From contig OZ218953.1 in NCBI GenBank assembly GCA_965112735.1, positions 2,108,001-2,172,000 of the forward strand: a stretch of 64,000 nt of DNA, read 5' to 3'. The DNA comes from Phaeosaccion multiseriatum. Taxonomy: Eukaryota > Protista > Ochrophyta, other classes. Position 1 is the first letter of the stretch; every line of letters begins with the position of its first letter. A model generated the notes under the pieces. That model ran no database searches. It was not told the DNA's origin and saw nothing but the letters and a program-made list of their open reading frames with translations. A program made the position numbers and the translations under genes. Below, in pieces: positions 11,880-33,665 of this stretch.

Positions 11880-14800
11880 CAACGGAGGCCTGCTGCTGCG
11901 TGTCGAGGGCCTGCTGGATGAGCTTGTCCAGCACGTTGTTGAGCAGGGCCATGTCTGCCTTGAACTCTCGCTGGGACTCGATCCACTTATCAGCGAAGGG
12001 CAACTTCCAGTAAGGGATGAAGCTGAGAGGGGGCGGGAGGGGAGCGAGGGGATAGAAGAGTCAAGTAGTTAAATGATAGGTTCCAGGGGTGGAAGGGAGG
12101 GAGGGAGGAAGGGAGGGAGGGAGGGAGGAAGGCTCTCCTGCTCCATCACCAACTGCTACGGGCATATGCCAACTAACGTATCACCAACACACTTACCTGC
12201 TGCTCCTATGCTCCGACTCTCTGAGCACCCTGTAGACCGACTTGATGACGGGGCTTTCCTTCTTGACGCTCTCAAACTCGTAATTGAACACGGCCGCCCC
12301 GATAATGTCAAGCGACACCGACCCAAACTTCTCCTCCATATCAAGCACTTGGCCTGTCTCGGAGGCGCTCTCCAGCTGCAGAGAGAGCGGCAGAGAGGAC
12401 AGACAGAGACAAGATGGCAGTTAAGTCAAGGGAGAACTTGTCGACACCTTCTCTCCCCTCGCGCATCTCCCCCATCCCTCCCTCTTCCCCTCGTCCTCCC
12501 TCCCACTTTTCCTCCTCTCCTTCACATATTATATTGCCTCCCCCATTCCCACACCGTCCCTCACCTCTCGCAGCAGCTTGTCGTTGCACTCGGCAAAGAG
12601 GCGCATCATGCGATTCAACCATCTGAAGTGGTTGGGGGGGGGGAGGGGGGAGTGAGAAGAGAGCCCTTGGGAGGTAGAGGGACGGAGAGGGGAGAGGAGA
12701 GGAGGGAGAGCAGAAGAGAGGGGTAGGTGGAGAAAGAGGGAGACACGGGAAGAGAGAGGAGGAGAGCCCGTCACACCGCCTCGTGACCATCTTTAATCGC
12801 TCCTGTTCCATTCGCAGCGCCATTCCCTGCACCTCCCCTCCACACCTCGCCGTGCCGCACCACTCTCCCTCTAGTCTCTCCTCCTCTCTTCCATCTCGTC
12901 TCGCCTCCTCTCTTCATCTCTCTCTCTTCACCCCCCCCCCCACCCCCGTCCCCGTGCGTGCTTTGGTCGGTCAGTCAGTCAGTCAGTCAGTCAGTCACCT
13001 CTTGTGAAAGCCCGGCACAATCGCCCGGCGCCGGATCTTCCATGTGGCCGGGTCAGCAGGAATGAGCCCCTGTGATGATGTGTGAGGTGCGAGGTGTTAG
13101 GTGTGATGAGTCGGGTAGCAGATGCGAGGTGTCGGGTGTCACAGCGTGAGGTGTGAGGGTGCCATCCATCGATCGAGCGTAACCTTTCCTTTCATCATCA
13201 TTAGTACTGCAACGCATCCCAACAAGAACTAACTGAAACTCATACTAACCTTTCCCATGACAGGCTCCAATATGGCAGCGAGCACTCCTGAGGACAGGTC
13301 GAGGCGAGAAGGGAGAGAGGAGAGGAGAGGAGAGGAGAGGAGAGGAGAATGGGGAGAGGGGATTAAGGTTAGAAGTAAGAGGAGAAGAGAGGGGACGAGG
13401 GTCAGAGAGAAGCAGGCAAACTTCGCGACACCATTTCACGGGGGCAACACAAACACCAAACACCCACACACACACACACACTGACCCTTGTCGTAGGCCG
13501 CCACGTTGGATTTGAGGATGTGCTTGGCCATCACGGGGTCAGAAACCACAATGAAGCTCCTCGGGCCAAAGGCGAGCTTGTACACAGGGCCCTCTTCGTG
13601 GAAATAGCGCTCCAGCAGGAGGAATAGCGGTCCTCCAGCGAGGTCCTCGAGCCTGCCGTTGGACACCTGATGACACGCGGAAGAGGGAGGAGCGCGGAAG
13701 GGTGAGTTTGATTTGGGATTGGCTGGATTGGTCGGTCGGTGTCGGTCTGGTTTGGTTGGTGGTTTGGCACACTCACTGCCTTGTGTGTGTGCTAGCTCCT
13801 TGCTCTTCATCCTTCCTTGATTTTCTTGTTTCCTTCCATCCATCCTCCTCTCATTCTCTTCCTTCCGTCTTTTTTTTACTTGCCGTTTGTGTACTAATAT
13901 AATACACTACGACACCATGTGACTGACCTTTACGAGAAATTCCAACCAGTTGCCCTCGTAGGGTGCAATCTTTGCCACCGGCGCGCCGTCCGCACTGGGG
14001 AAACCGAGGAACATTTGGAGCACATTCAGCACCAGGATCTTTACAGTGTCGCTCCAGTGCACCTCAGGAATCTCGTCCTAGGAGGGGACAAGAAGAGGAG
14101 GAAGGAGGGAAAAGGGGAGGATAGAGGGTGAGGGAGGTGGGCGGGGGGGGAAGCAGGAGGGTCGGCACACTCATTCTTCGCAAACAGGCCCCAAGACCGA
14201 AACAACAAGAAAGCGCAACAACGGCGTGGCGTGGTGTGGTGTGGCGAAGGGTGGGTTGGGTGGGTGGGCATTGGCTGGTTGGCGGGACTACACTGTACTA
14301 CACTGTACTGGAGTGCAGGGAATCTAAAGCAAGTGACGTACCGGTGCCAGCTTATCAGGGGACCAAAAGTCCATCCTAAAGGGCGAGAAGGCAGGCATGG
14401 CCCGCCTGGCCTGCTCCAGCTGCCAGTCGAAGCCGTCCTTGTTGCCGGACCACAGCTCATCGTCGTCCTCATCCTCCAGCAGAGCTGTCAGATCTTGTGA
14501 AGGCATGATGTTCACGGGGGCGATTGGCACCACACCGCCACGACTCATGAGAGTGCTACCTGTTGGGTCGCCGCCGCGGCTGCTGCCGCTGCTGCTGCTC
14601 TCCTTCTCGGTAAGTGCGGCTGGGGCGGTGCTCACGGTGGAAGGCACTCGAGTGGCGGACAGACGGCTCACACGGCCCTTCTCACCTGCCCCTCGTGGTC
14701 GGACTTTCCTTCCCTTCCCACTCCCGCCCCCCTCTTTGTTATCACCGTCCTGACCGTTCCTGCTGTTGTGGCTACTGAGCACAACGGAGCTTCCCCTACT

Positions 14801-15301
14801 TCTCCACCCCTTGTTTTCGCTGCGGCCCCTGCTGCCGCTGCTGCTGCTGCTGCTGCTGCCGAGCAGCTCATGCAAACTGGGCTCTTGGTTTCTCGGCCTC
14901 GTGTACCTGCTACTACCACTTCTCCTGCCGCCGCTGCCGCTACCGCCACATGCAAAGCACGTGGTGGTGGCAGCTGCAGCCCCTCCCCCTCTTTGGGAGG
15001 GGCCTCCTCCTCCTCCTCCTGCTGCTGCTGCCTGCGCTCTACTGCTCAGGGACCAGACCTTCCCGCCTGCTGGCCTTGCTACTGACGATGTAGAGCTTGT
15101 TCGACCATTGCTGATACTGCTGCTGGCCCCGCCGTTCGCGCCGAATGAATGTGAAGCCCCCCCTGTCGCTGCTTGCTGGGCCGTGAAAGCCGTCATCCAC
15201 CCGCCCGAAGTTGTGAAGGCCGCCGCGATGCTCAGCGAGCTCACCATTAGGACACACACACCCCCAGCCGCCAGCTGCCAAGAAGGCGATTGAGCCGCCA
15301 T
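9638..15301 (-). CDS. CYP97: Plastid-targeted cytochrome P450 of the CYP97 family (carotenoid hydroxylase-like), ~14 exons
   Basis: N-terminal signal peptide ending ...SLSIAAAF (ASAF-type). CYP97-typical blocks [42 protein letters not shown] and [22 protein letters not shown] (I-helix), [10 protein letters not shown] (ExxR), heme motif [10 protein letters not shown] and [10 protein letters not shown]. The last exon 9875-9638 ends GKCPFH*. Confidence 0.93.
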
Positions 15302-16501
15302 CGTTCTCTCCCCCCCCCCCCCTCGACAAGAACAGCGAAGAGAACAACAATACCAGCAGATTTCCTACGAGACGGACCCGCGAAAGCCCACGGGGTGCAG
15401 GCCTCGTCCTCAGCAGCTGCAGTCTATTATCCTCTTACGTGCCCGGGGGCGCTGCTGCTGCTGCCGGTCCCATGGAGAGAGAGAAGCAGCGAGATGCAGC
15501 GGAACGCGTACGCAGCACCTGCCTCGATTCTTTCCCAAGAGCTCTTTTCGTTTGCCTGCTAGACTGCTCAGCCGCCTCGCGGAAATGGGCGAGTGAACAC
15601 ACCCAGCCTCGCTTCTCCCTATCCCCCCCCCCTCTTTCTCTCTTTCTTTCTCTCCTCTCTCTCCTCTCTGGGGGAAGTCTCGGTGCTTCTCCCAACGTGA
15701 GTTTTTCAGCTTCCAAAAAGGCAAAGGAATTCACCCTTCCTTCTCCCTCACCGTGCTCCTGTTGGAAATCCTTCCGTAAGATTGTCCTACTCCAAAGGTC
15801 TGGGCTCTCCCTTATATCGCTCGCTAATCAAACATAAACATGAAGGAGGGACTTTTCCTTGATTTGCAGCACACGTATTTCCCGAGGGGGGCGAGGCGAA
15901 GTGTACTTTTCTCCCCGTATGACTGGAATGGCATACCCATATGACTGGAATGGCCCATACAATACTCATTCCAGCCAGCGTAGCGAGACGTGGAGGTGTG
16001 CGCACAGAATTTGAATGCAACAGTGCAACAGTGGAGTAGAGTAGAGGAGAGAAGGGGGGGGGGGGGGAAGGTGTTTGTTTTTTTTCGCCTCAAAACAAAA
16101 TATCCGTATCGACTTTTTGCCGCGATATGAAAAATCGATCCTTCAATTCATTTGGGTCATTTTCTGAGCCAAGTGAGCGAGTGAAAGGGCAATGACAGAC
16201 GCACTCTGCCTCTTGCGTGCTACTGGGTCACGCCACGGCGGAAGCGTGCTGTCTGGAGGGCTTGGGGGGAGGAATGTGGACTGAAAAAGCGGAGATTTGG
16301 GCTGACGGATGAGGTTCAAGACGCCTTGCAGAGGCACGCAAACGCCGCGGCAGCAGCGTTAGCTTATCGAGCTGAAGTGGCGGACGCAAAGGAAGAGTGC
16401 TTGACCTGTTGGTTGGGGGCTTGGGCTGGTACCAAGACCGAGCAGAACCGGAAAGGGCTGGCGGGGGGGCGGGATTCCCGCGCCGGAAGGGGCGTCGAGC
16501 G

Positions 16502-25138
<8,637 letters not shown>

Positions 25139-25866
25139 GCCTTGATTATCGCCAGAGCTTACTCAAAATGCTGTGTACATTTATTAACATTAAACTTCAC
25201 AAGGTCAATGTGAAGCTGTGGAAGGGGAGAGTGTCACGGGCCCCTCTGTTGCAATAATCATGCTCTCCCTCTCCCTTGTACCCTCTCTCTCGGAAGGAAG
25301 CGCACACGCCCGCACGCGGCCTCTCCCCCCCTTCGGGTGATGCCCTGCCCTGTCATTCACCCTGCCACCGACATGGGAATGGGGGATGCAAACTGAATGC
25401 CGAGTCCAGGCGACTCCCGCGAGTCACACCGTGGTTAAAACACAGCAAGGTTGAGCAGTAGGAGAGAGGGGTTGGCATCAACGGTAGGGCAGGCCTGTGC
25501 CTGAGGACCCTCCTCCCTGCTCTCTCGCGTTGGCACATGGGGAGGAAGAAGCAGGGGGCCACCCCAAAGGCGCCTCTCGCTCTCTCGAGTAGGTGCATGT
25601 AGGTGCACCAGCTCGATGGCAGTGGATGGGCCTTCGAAAGCCTTCTTCTCAAGATTGGAGTGGATGGCAGTGGATGGCAGCCTTTTGTCCTTGCCATGCA
25701 CTGGTAGAGTGCGAGCCGCGCCCCCCCCCCCCCCCCCGGCAGGGCACCTCTTGGAACGCCCCGACAAAGACGAGACCCAAGGCATCGGACAGTAGGCCCT
25801 GGAGAGGGAGAGAGGGAGGCGTCAGCTCCCTCCCAAGCCGCAAGCCTACAAAGCGTCTGACACTCC

Positions 25867-26582
25867 TCATGCCCAGGGAGCTTCTCCTCCCCCTTGCTGC
25901 CCCTGCTGCGGCCGCCTTCGTCGCTGCTGCCGCTGCTGCTGCTTCTGTTGCTTCTGCGGCGGCGGCGGTGGCTGCTCTCTGTGCTTCTTTAGCTGGGGTG
26001 TTCGCATCCGTCGCGTAACCCGTTTCCCTCTTTCCTCCTTATCCTCCTCCTCCTCCTCCTGCTGCTGCTGCTGCTGGCGCTGATCCCTTGGTGTGGCGGA
26101 GCGGGTGTGAGTCTCTTTGTAGGAAGACGTGGTCAAGTGTCTTGTGCCTCCTTCCAATGAAGCCGCCGCTGATGCGGTGGGAGTAACTGGACTCCCCGCA
26201 CCTTCCCTTCCCTTGTCAGATCCAACTCCTCCCCCCCGCTGAGGCTGCTGCTGCCGTTGCTCCTGGCTACGCTCCCTCACATGTGGCACCTCGCTCTCTG
26301 CCTGCTGGTCTCCTCCTCCTGCTCCTGCTCCTCCTGCTGCTCCTGCTGCTCCTGCTGCTCCTCCTGCTCTCGTTGCTGGCGAGGCCCTCCTTCCAGCCCG
26401 GTCGTCCACAAGGGCGAACTTGGGTCGTCGACTCCTGGAAGAGCCCGTCATTGTCCTCATAGAACCACCACCACCACCACCACCACCACCACCACCAGCA
26501 GCAGCAGCAGCAGCAGCCGCAGCAGTAGCAGCAGAACCACCACCACTACCAAAACCAACGACACGACCAGCACCACCACCAC

Positions 26583-26617
<35 letters not shown>

Positions 26618-27109
26618 CCACCACCACCAACCGCAGCAGTAGCAGCCGCAGCAGCACTATCAACAAAGCCGAGATGCCTGCGCACGGGGGGCGAGAGGGC
26701 ACTCACCCGAAAGCCGAAAATCCGCGGGGTGTAAGGCTTCTCCAGACCTGGCGTGGGCACCAGCTCGGGGTGAAACTGTCATTTGTCAGCATACACATTG
26801 GCAGATGGGAGTCCAAAATAACGAGAAAAGTTGGGTCGGGGCGGGGGCGGGGACGGGCGGGCACAGGCAGTAACCAACAATTATATAAAAAACAAAACTA
26901 GAAGGCGTGTTTGGAAGGTGAAGTGAGCAGTGCCCTGAAGTTGGTGTGCCTGATGGTAGCGTAGAGTCAGACAGAAGACTTCTTTTCTTTTTCCTCGCCG
27001 CTTCTTCCTCCCTTTCCTTCTATCTGTCCTGCATGTGCCCCATTTGGTTTGACTTGACTGACCTGCAACACCAGATGCGGCAGAGTCGTTCCCCAGTATG
27101 CCCCGTCGC

Positions 27110-27155
<46 letters not shown>

Positions 27156-28470
27156 GCCGCTACTCCGCCTCTCCTCCGCCCCAGCCCCGCCCACCGCAGC
27201 TGTGCCAGTACTCGGGGGGTGGAAGACATCCCAACACGCAGGGCAAAACACGCAGACTGAGGCCTGCATCGGCACATCTGAAGTGCCAAGGGGAAGGACT
27301 CGCTGACCATTGCACTCCACCCTGGGGCATCGACCGTAGTCTCCTGAGGAGGACAGCAACAGAGCAAGCAGTCAGCCACGGAAGGAGGGGAGGGAGGAGG
27401 GAGGGACAAGTGAGTGAGTGAGTGAGTGAGTGAGTGAGTGGCTTGAGCAAGACAAGACCAGAGCTACATGTGTGCACACACAGGGTGGTGGGTGACAGGG
27501 GTAAGACTGAATGGACGAATGCATGGAATGCATGACCTGTGCAAAACTTCGCGACAACCGCCCCAATGCCTGCGTGGGTAAGCACGAAGCGCGAGTGGAA
27601 CAGCCCGTAGAGCAACACGGCGGAAGAGTGGAGGATGGGAGAGGAAGATGACAAAGCGGGGGGAGACTCGACGGCAGTAGAGGCGGCGGCAAGAGGCGGC
27701 TGGTGCAAGCTTCTGTAATGCTGGTACTCCCGCTGCAGCTGGGACTCATGGTGGTTCCTTCTCGGCTGCTGCTGGTGGGGGCTGCTTTGCTGCTCCTGCT
27801 GGTGAGCTGTTGCAGTGGTGATGCCTGCCCTCCCAGGTCCTCCTCCCCCTTGCGCCACGGCCGCAGCAGGGGACGGCAGCAGCTCGTCCAGGAGCAGCAG
27901 AAGAGCGCTACTGAAGTGCGGAACCACCAAGCCCCGGGTGATGTCGACTTGGTTGGAGCTGTCTCGGATGAAGGCCTTCGGCACCTGTACGAAAAACTCG
28001 TTTCCGGGCGTGGAGCAGAAGCGGGCAATCCAGCCTTCGCCTTCTCCTCCTCCTCCGCCTCCTTCTCCTGCTGCTCTTCCTCCTCCTCCTCCTCCTGCTG
28101 CTGCTCCTGCTCCTCCTCCTGCTCCTCCTCCTCCTCCTCCGCCGCCGCCGCCTCCTCCTCCTCCTCCTCCTCCTCCTCCTCCTCCTCTCCCTCCCCCTCC
28201 TGGCGCCTTCGTGTGCGGTCCTTCGGCTGCACCTCTGCCTCCCCTTCTCGCTGAAGCAGGATTACTCTGTCCCGGTGCTAGAGCTGATGTGACACTTATT
28301 GTTGCGTCAAGTGGTGGTGGTTCCGGTCGCTGCTGCTGCTGCTTGTGCTGCTGCCACGCGGACTGCTCGGGGGGCTGAGGAGAGGATTGGAACGGGGCGG
28401 AGGGTTGCCACTCTCTTGCTTCACCGCCAGGCGAATGAAAGAGGAGCAGCGCGCACAGCAAGAGCAACAT
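25867..28470 (-). CDS. Divergent casein kinase II regulatory (beta) subunit-like protein, 3 exons
   Basis: WIARFCSTPGNEFF, LLYGLFHSRFVLT, zinc finger GDYGRCPRVEC...VFCPACWDVF, DGAYWGTTLPHL and YTPRIFGFRV match the CK2-beta blocks. Exons ~28470-27537, ~27350-27063, ~26775-25867. Confidence 0.85.
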
Positions 28471-28659
28471 GGCCTATGCCGCGGCCTTGCCCACCGCCAT
28501 CCCCCTCTTCTTATCGCAATGCGCAATTGGATCTACTGTGCGTTTTACTCTTAGACGCGATGGCACCCTGTGCCACAATCACAATCCCCCCCTCCATTCC
28601 CTTCCCCCTTATATCTCCCTCTCCCCTCCCTAGCTCAGCGACTGATCTCTCAAGCAAGC

Positions 28660-29609
28660 ATGGCGGATGCTCAGAAAGTCAGCCGGTGGGCTGAACGTAA
28701 GGCTCAGAAAGCCGCAATGTATGCAACATCAACGGGTAAGGAGCCTGGTGTCGACATCCGATCACTTCTGCCTCTGCTGCCTATGCTCCCTCTGCTATCC
28801 TGAGAGTGTCACGCCATATTGTCTCACCCTCTCCTGACATTCCCCCTGTCTCACTCTCGTTGCAGACGCGGTGGCCGTGCAGAAGAGGGGCGTGGGCCGA
28901 GGAAGGCAGGAGGAACCGAGGTGGGTCGTCGTATCTGATCTGGCCGTCTGCCAGCCATCTGGTGCTGTCTGCTTACCCTCGCATCCCCCCCACCCCATCC
29001 CACCCCCCAATCCATGTCTCTTTCAAGAAACATGCAATGCCAAAAGTGCCTTCAGTTTGGACATTGGACATACGAGTGCAAGGCTGCAGGGAAGGTGTAC
29101 CGGCAGCGAGTAAGCGCCACAGAGAGGCTGGAGAACCCCAGGAAGAGGTGAGCGAGGTGGAGCAGGAAGGATTGCCACGCCCCCTCACACCCTCTCGCGT
29201 TTACGGACAATTTGCTCCATAGTTGCAAACGTGTGTACACCCTCCCTTGCTCTCGCCCCACAGGAAGTGGACTCTGGAGATGCCTCCCGGCAAGGAGCAA
29301 GACGCTCAGCAGGCCAAGGAGCAGAAGAAGGCAGCGGCCAGTGGGAAAGCCTCTGCCAAGAAGAGGCGACGGAGGGAGAGGAGTAGTAGCGTCAGTAGCA
29401 GCAGCTCCAGTAGCAGCTCGTCCAGCAGCAGCAGTAGCTCCAATAGCTCCGACACAAGTAGCAGCAGTAGCAGCAGTAGCAGCAGTAGCAGCAGTAGCAG
29501 CAGTAGCAGCAGCAGCAGTAGTAGCAGCAGCAGTGGGAGTAGTAGCAGCAGCGGTAGCAGCAGCAGCAGCAGCAGCAGCTCCACCCGCAGCAGCGGCTCG
29601 AGCAGTTAG
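28660..29609 (+). CDS. ZCCHC10: Zinc knuckle protein ZCCHC10-like, 4 exons
   Basis: Exon ~29028-29147 encodes CQKCLQFGHWTYECK...YRQRVSATERL, followed by a Ser-rich C-terminus. GT-AG boundaries at 28736/28865, 28921/29027 and 29148/29263. Confidence 0.85.
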
Positions 29610-29793
29610 CGGTGTGGTGAGTGACGAAAAAGGCTGGTATGGAATGAGTCAAGCGATTGACTCACACGCACCCTGAAGAACAAAAGGATGATACGAAGTT
29701 GACTTCCAAGTAATCTTATACTATACAGTAATAGAGGATGGAAAAAAACCAACCTATGAAACGGCGGTCCTCCCCTACGGAACGCAACGCCCC

Positions 29794-32700
29794 TCACCGC
29801 ACCGCAGCACCGCCCCGCTTTGACCGAGTTCTTTCTTCCTGGGCGTGAGGCCCCTGCTGGGCCTGTTGTTGCTGCTGTATCACCAACTGCTGCGCCAGCA
29901 TGGCCCGGGCCCTCTCCCTCGCCTGACAAGCACCTTTCCCCTCATCAAAAAGAACTTCCCGTCTGTCGAGCTGCTTGCCCTTCCCACCTACACCAGAAGG
30001 CCCTGCTCCTCCTCCGCAAACGGCGAAGGACCCAATCGGGGGGCCATTCTTCTTCCCCGCGTCTGACACGCCCTTCAATGCCTGCTGCTGCTTCTGCTGC
30101 TGCTGCTGCTGCTGCTGCATCACCAACTGCTGCTGTTGTCTCCTCTTGCCCCTCTGCAGTCTCTCCTGCCTCCTCCGCCGCAGCCGTAGGTCCCTTCGAT
30201 TCAGGACGGGCTCATCCTCCTCCTCCTCCTCCTCCTCCTCCTCCTCCTCCTCATCCTCATGGTCGAAATGACTAAATCGATGTCGATACCTAACATCGAT
30301 GCCATCATCCTCCCCTTCAAGCCTCTCGCTTCGCTTCGCAGCCTCTGCCCTCTGCAACTGCTGCCTTTCTTCTCCACGCCGATGGCTGCCTTCTCGCCCC
30401 CCCCCCCCCCCCCCTCCTCCTCCTCCTCCTCCTCCTCCTCCTCCTCCTCCCCCACCCTTACCCCCGCCCTTCCGCCGAACTCCACATTCCACACGTCCGC
30501 TGGCGTAGGAATTGAAGTCCCTTTCCAACTTATCTACAATCCCTTTGAGCCTCCGTATTGCATCTTTGTCACTCCCCTCCAGCTGCTGTATCACCAACTG
30601 CTGTTGTTGCCGGTCCAAGCCTGCTTCTGAAGCAAGGCCATTTGTCCCCTCTTCCACCTCCCTGCCCTGCTGTATCACCCACTGCTGCCGGTGCTGTTGC
30701 TGCTTGCACGCGGTGTCCTCCTCCGCCCGCCGTAGCTGCTCCCCCTCAATAAGCTTCCTTAGCTGCAGCCGACACCGCTTCAGCTCCACCTCCACAGCCC
30801 GGAGCCCGTTCCTCGTCTTGGGCCGACGACGTCCACTGCCATCCCCCTCTCCACATTCTTCCGCTTCACCGCCACCCTCACCCTCACCGTGACCACGCGT
30901 GTGTCTCCAAGTCTCTGTAGAGGCGGTGGCTTCCTTCCGCCTCCGCCGGCCAGGCAGGTGCTGCCCCCTTCTGTCAGCAGCAGCGGCGTTCTTCGACGGT
31001 TTGCCACTGACCTCGACGTCAACACCGCAGCTGCTATGCCTGTGGCTGCTGCTGTGGCTATGGCTATGGCTGTGGCTGTTGCTGCTGCTGCTGCTGCTGC
31101 CATGACCACCTCTCCTCTCCGGCGTTCCCTCTTGTCCCTTCTCCTTCTTGCTCTTCTTCTCTCTTCTCCTCTCCTCTCCTTCGTCCCGTCCTTTCCCTGC
31201 TTCTCCCGGAGAGCTCCGCCTCCCTGTCGATTCACGATTTTCTCTGTACCGCCGCTCCCCGCCACTCTCCCGACCCCTGTCTCCACACCCACTGCCCCGT
31301 TCCTCCTGCTCCTGCTCCTCCTCCTCCTCCTCCTCCTCCTCCTCCTGCTCCACCTCCTCTCTCTGCTGCCGAGCCCCCCCTCTCGACTGCAGCGGGACAT
31401 CCCTCCTTCCCCCCTCTTCGCCCCCCCGAGCAGGCCACCTCTGGTCCTCCTGACCCCGATCACTGCTGTCCCGCCTCACCCCACCACCCCCACCACCCCC
31501 ACCACCACCACCACCACCACCATGCTGACTGCTGTCACCACCCCTTCCCCTTGCCCCATCCTCCACTCCTGATGCCGAAGTTGCTCTGCCACCCGTCGCC
31601 GTGGCCGCACGCCCCACCCCCTTCTGCCTCACACACTCCATCACCTCCAGGATTGTCGGTCGCTTGCCCGGCTCTACTTGCAAGAGACGAGCCACTAAGG
31701 AGCGCAGCGAAGGAGACCAATGGGTGGGGAGGGGGGCGTAGCTCCCACTACAGATTTGCTGCGCCAACGCCAACAGACTCTGGCCCTGTGGTGAGGGGAG
31801 GGAAAGAGATTGTGAAAATAATCATCACCAATTCTGAAGTTCCCCTTCTATCCTTCTATACTTCCTTCCCTCCTTTCCTTCCTTCCTTCCTTCCTTCCTT
31901 CCTTCCTTCCTTCCTCTCTCCCTCCCCCCCTCCCTTGCTCGCTCCCTCCCCCCCTCCCTCTCTCTCTCCCTCCCCCCCTCCCCTCCCTCCCTTCACCCCT
32001 CCCTCCCTCCCTTCGTCCGTCCGTCCCCTCCCTCCCTCCCTCCCTCCCTCCCTCCCTCCCTCCCTCCCTCCCTCCCTCCCTCCCTCCCCTCCCTCCCTCC
32101 CTCCCTCCCTCGCTTTATTGACCGTGAATGTGCCTACCTGGAAAGGGTGCTTGAGCGCAGCCAGCTCGTACAGAATAACCCCAAGGCTCCAAAGGTCTGT
32201 CTTCTCATTGTAAGGCCTGTTGGCGCACACCTCGGGAGAGGCGTACAGAGGGGTGCCATAAAAGGTGTTGAGGAGACAAGTGTCCTCACCCACTTGTCTA
32301 CTCACGCCCATGTCGGCAATCTGTTGTGTTGTGTCATGTGTGGTGTGGTGTGGTGTGGTGTCATGTGTGAAAGTGTTAAAAAAGTAAGCAGTACGTAAAT
32401 TAAGTGTTAAAATGTTAAGAGTATGGGAGCGCACCACACCACACCACCCCACACCACCCCACCACACCCCTCTTCCCCCCCCACCACACCACACCACACC
32501 ACACCACACCACGAGACATGAGGCACATACCTTGACTTCTCCATTGTGCATGCGAAGGATGTTTAGCGGCTTCAAGTCTCTGTGCACGATGCCGTGTTGG
32601 TGGAGGTAGAACAAACCGCTGGTGCGATCGATTGATTGGTTGTACAGCGAAGGCGAGGTGGCGGCGTTGGCGGGGAGGAAGAGGCGGCAGGGCAGTATGT

Positions 32701-33665
32701 ACAGAGGGAGAGGGGTAAGAGAGAGACGGTAATACCTTCCTACCTTCCATTCCCTTCTCCCTTCTCCCTCCTTCCTTCCATTCCCTGCCATCCTTCCTCC
32801 CATTCTCCTCCTTCCTTCTTCCTTCTTTCCTTCTTTCGTCCTTTCCTTCTCCTTACCTGCAGATTTGCCTGAAAATATCCCAGATCGTGTCCTCTTTCAA
32901 AGGCTTGAGCAGGATCTTGGAGCCAGCCCCCCTCCCCCCACCGTCGCTCCCACGGCCTCCTCCTCCTCCTGCCCCTCCTCCTCCTCCTGCTTCATCCCCT
33001 CCTCTTGCGCCATACTTCCGCCCGTACCCATTCGGAGGGGCGGGTGCTGCTGCCGCTGCTGCTGCCATGGGCCCCCGCTGGTACTGCATTCGCGATTGGT
33101 ACAGAGCTTGGAGGTCTCCCGCCGTGGCGTACTCCAAGACGAGGTAAAGGAAACCCGACGAGTGGTCAAAGAAGTGTCCAAAGCAGCGGATAATGTTGTC
33201 GTGCCGGCAGCGCTGGAGGAGAGCCACTTCATTGAGAATGTCTTTCTTTACTCCAAGCTCGGCGGCGCGTCTTTCTTTGAGCACGTAGAGCTGCCGAGAG
33301 TCACGCCGCTTCACCTTGTAAACTGATGGCAGAGGGAGGGAGGGAGAGACAGGGACAGAGAGGGATAAATGGATAAGAGGAAGGAACACAAACAAGGGCA
33401 TGAGCAAAAGAAGGGAAAGCGACTGACTTGCAAAGCGGAAAGAGTCTGGCTGATGAATCAGAAGCGACTCACCTGTTCCGCTGGAGCTCCTGAATAGCTC
33501 GGCGAGAATGACAAAGTCAGACAGCTTCGTCTTGTCAGGAGGAAAGCGCAAGTTTGGCTTGGAGGCGCCTTCCTTGTTGGAGGCGCCTTCCCCTCTGCTC
33601 GCTTCATGTTGTCCCTCTCCTTGGATCGGCACTACGCCTGCCCTAACTTCTCTTCTGATCCGCAT
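29794..33665 (-). CDS. NEK (NIMA-related) Ser/Thr kinase with a low-complexity C-terminal tail, ~5 exons
   Basis: YVLKE, NEVALLQRCRHDNII, IVHRDLKPLNI, IADMGVSR, FYGTPLYASPEVCANRPYNEKTDLWSLG and ALAQQICSGSYAPLP. Confidence 0.85.

Noticed and set aside
15915-15960. 15-bp direct repeat TATGACTGGAATGGC in the CYP97/YAK1 divergent spacer
   Set aside because: Only two copies with no support for function; a small local duplication is sufficient explanation
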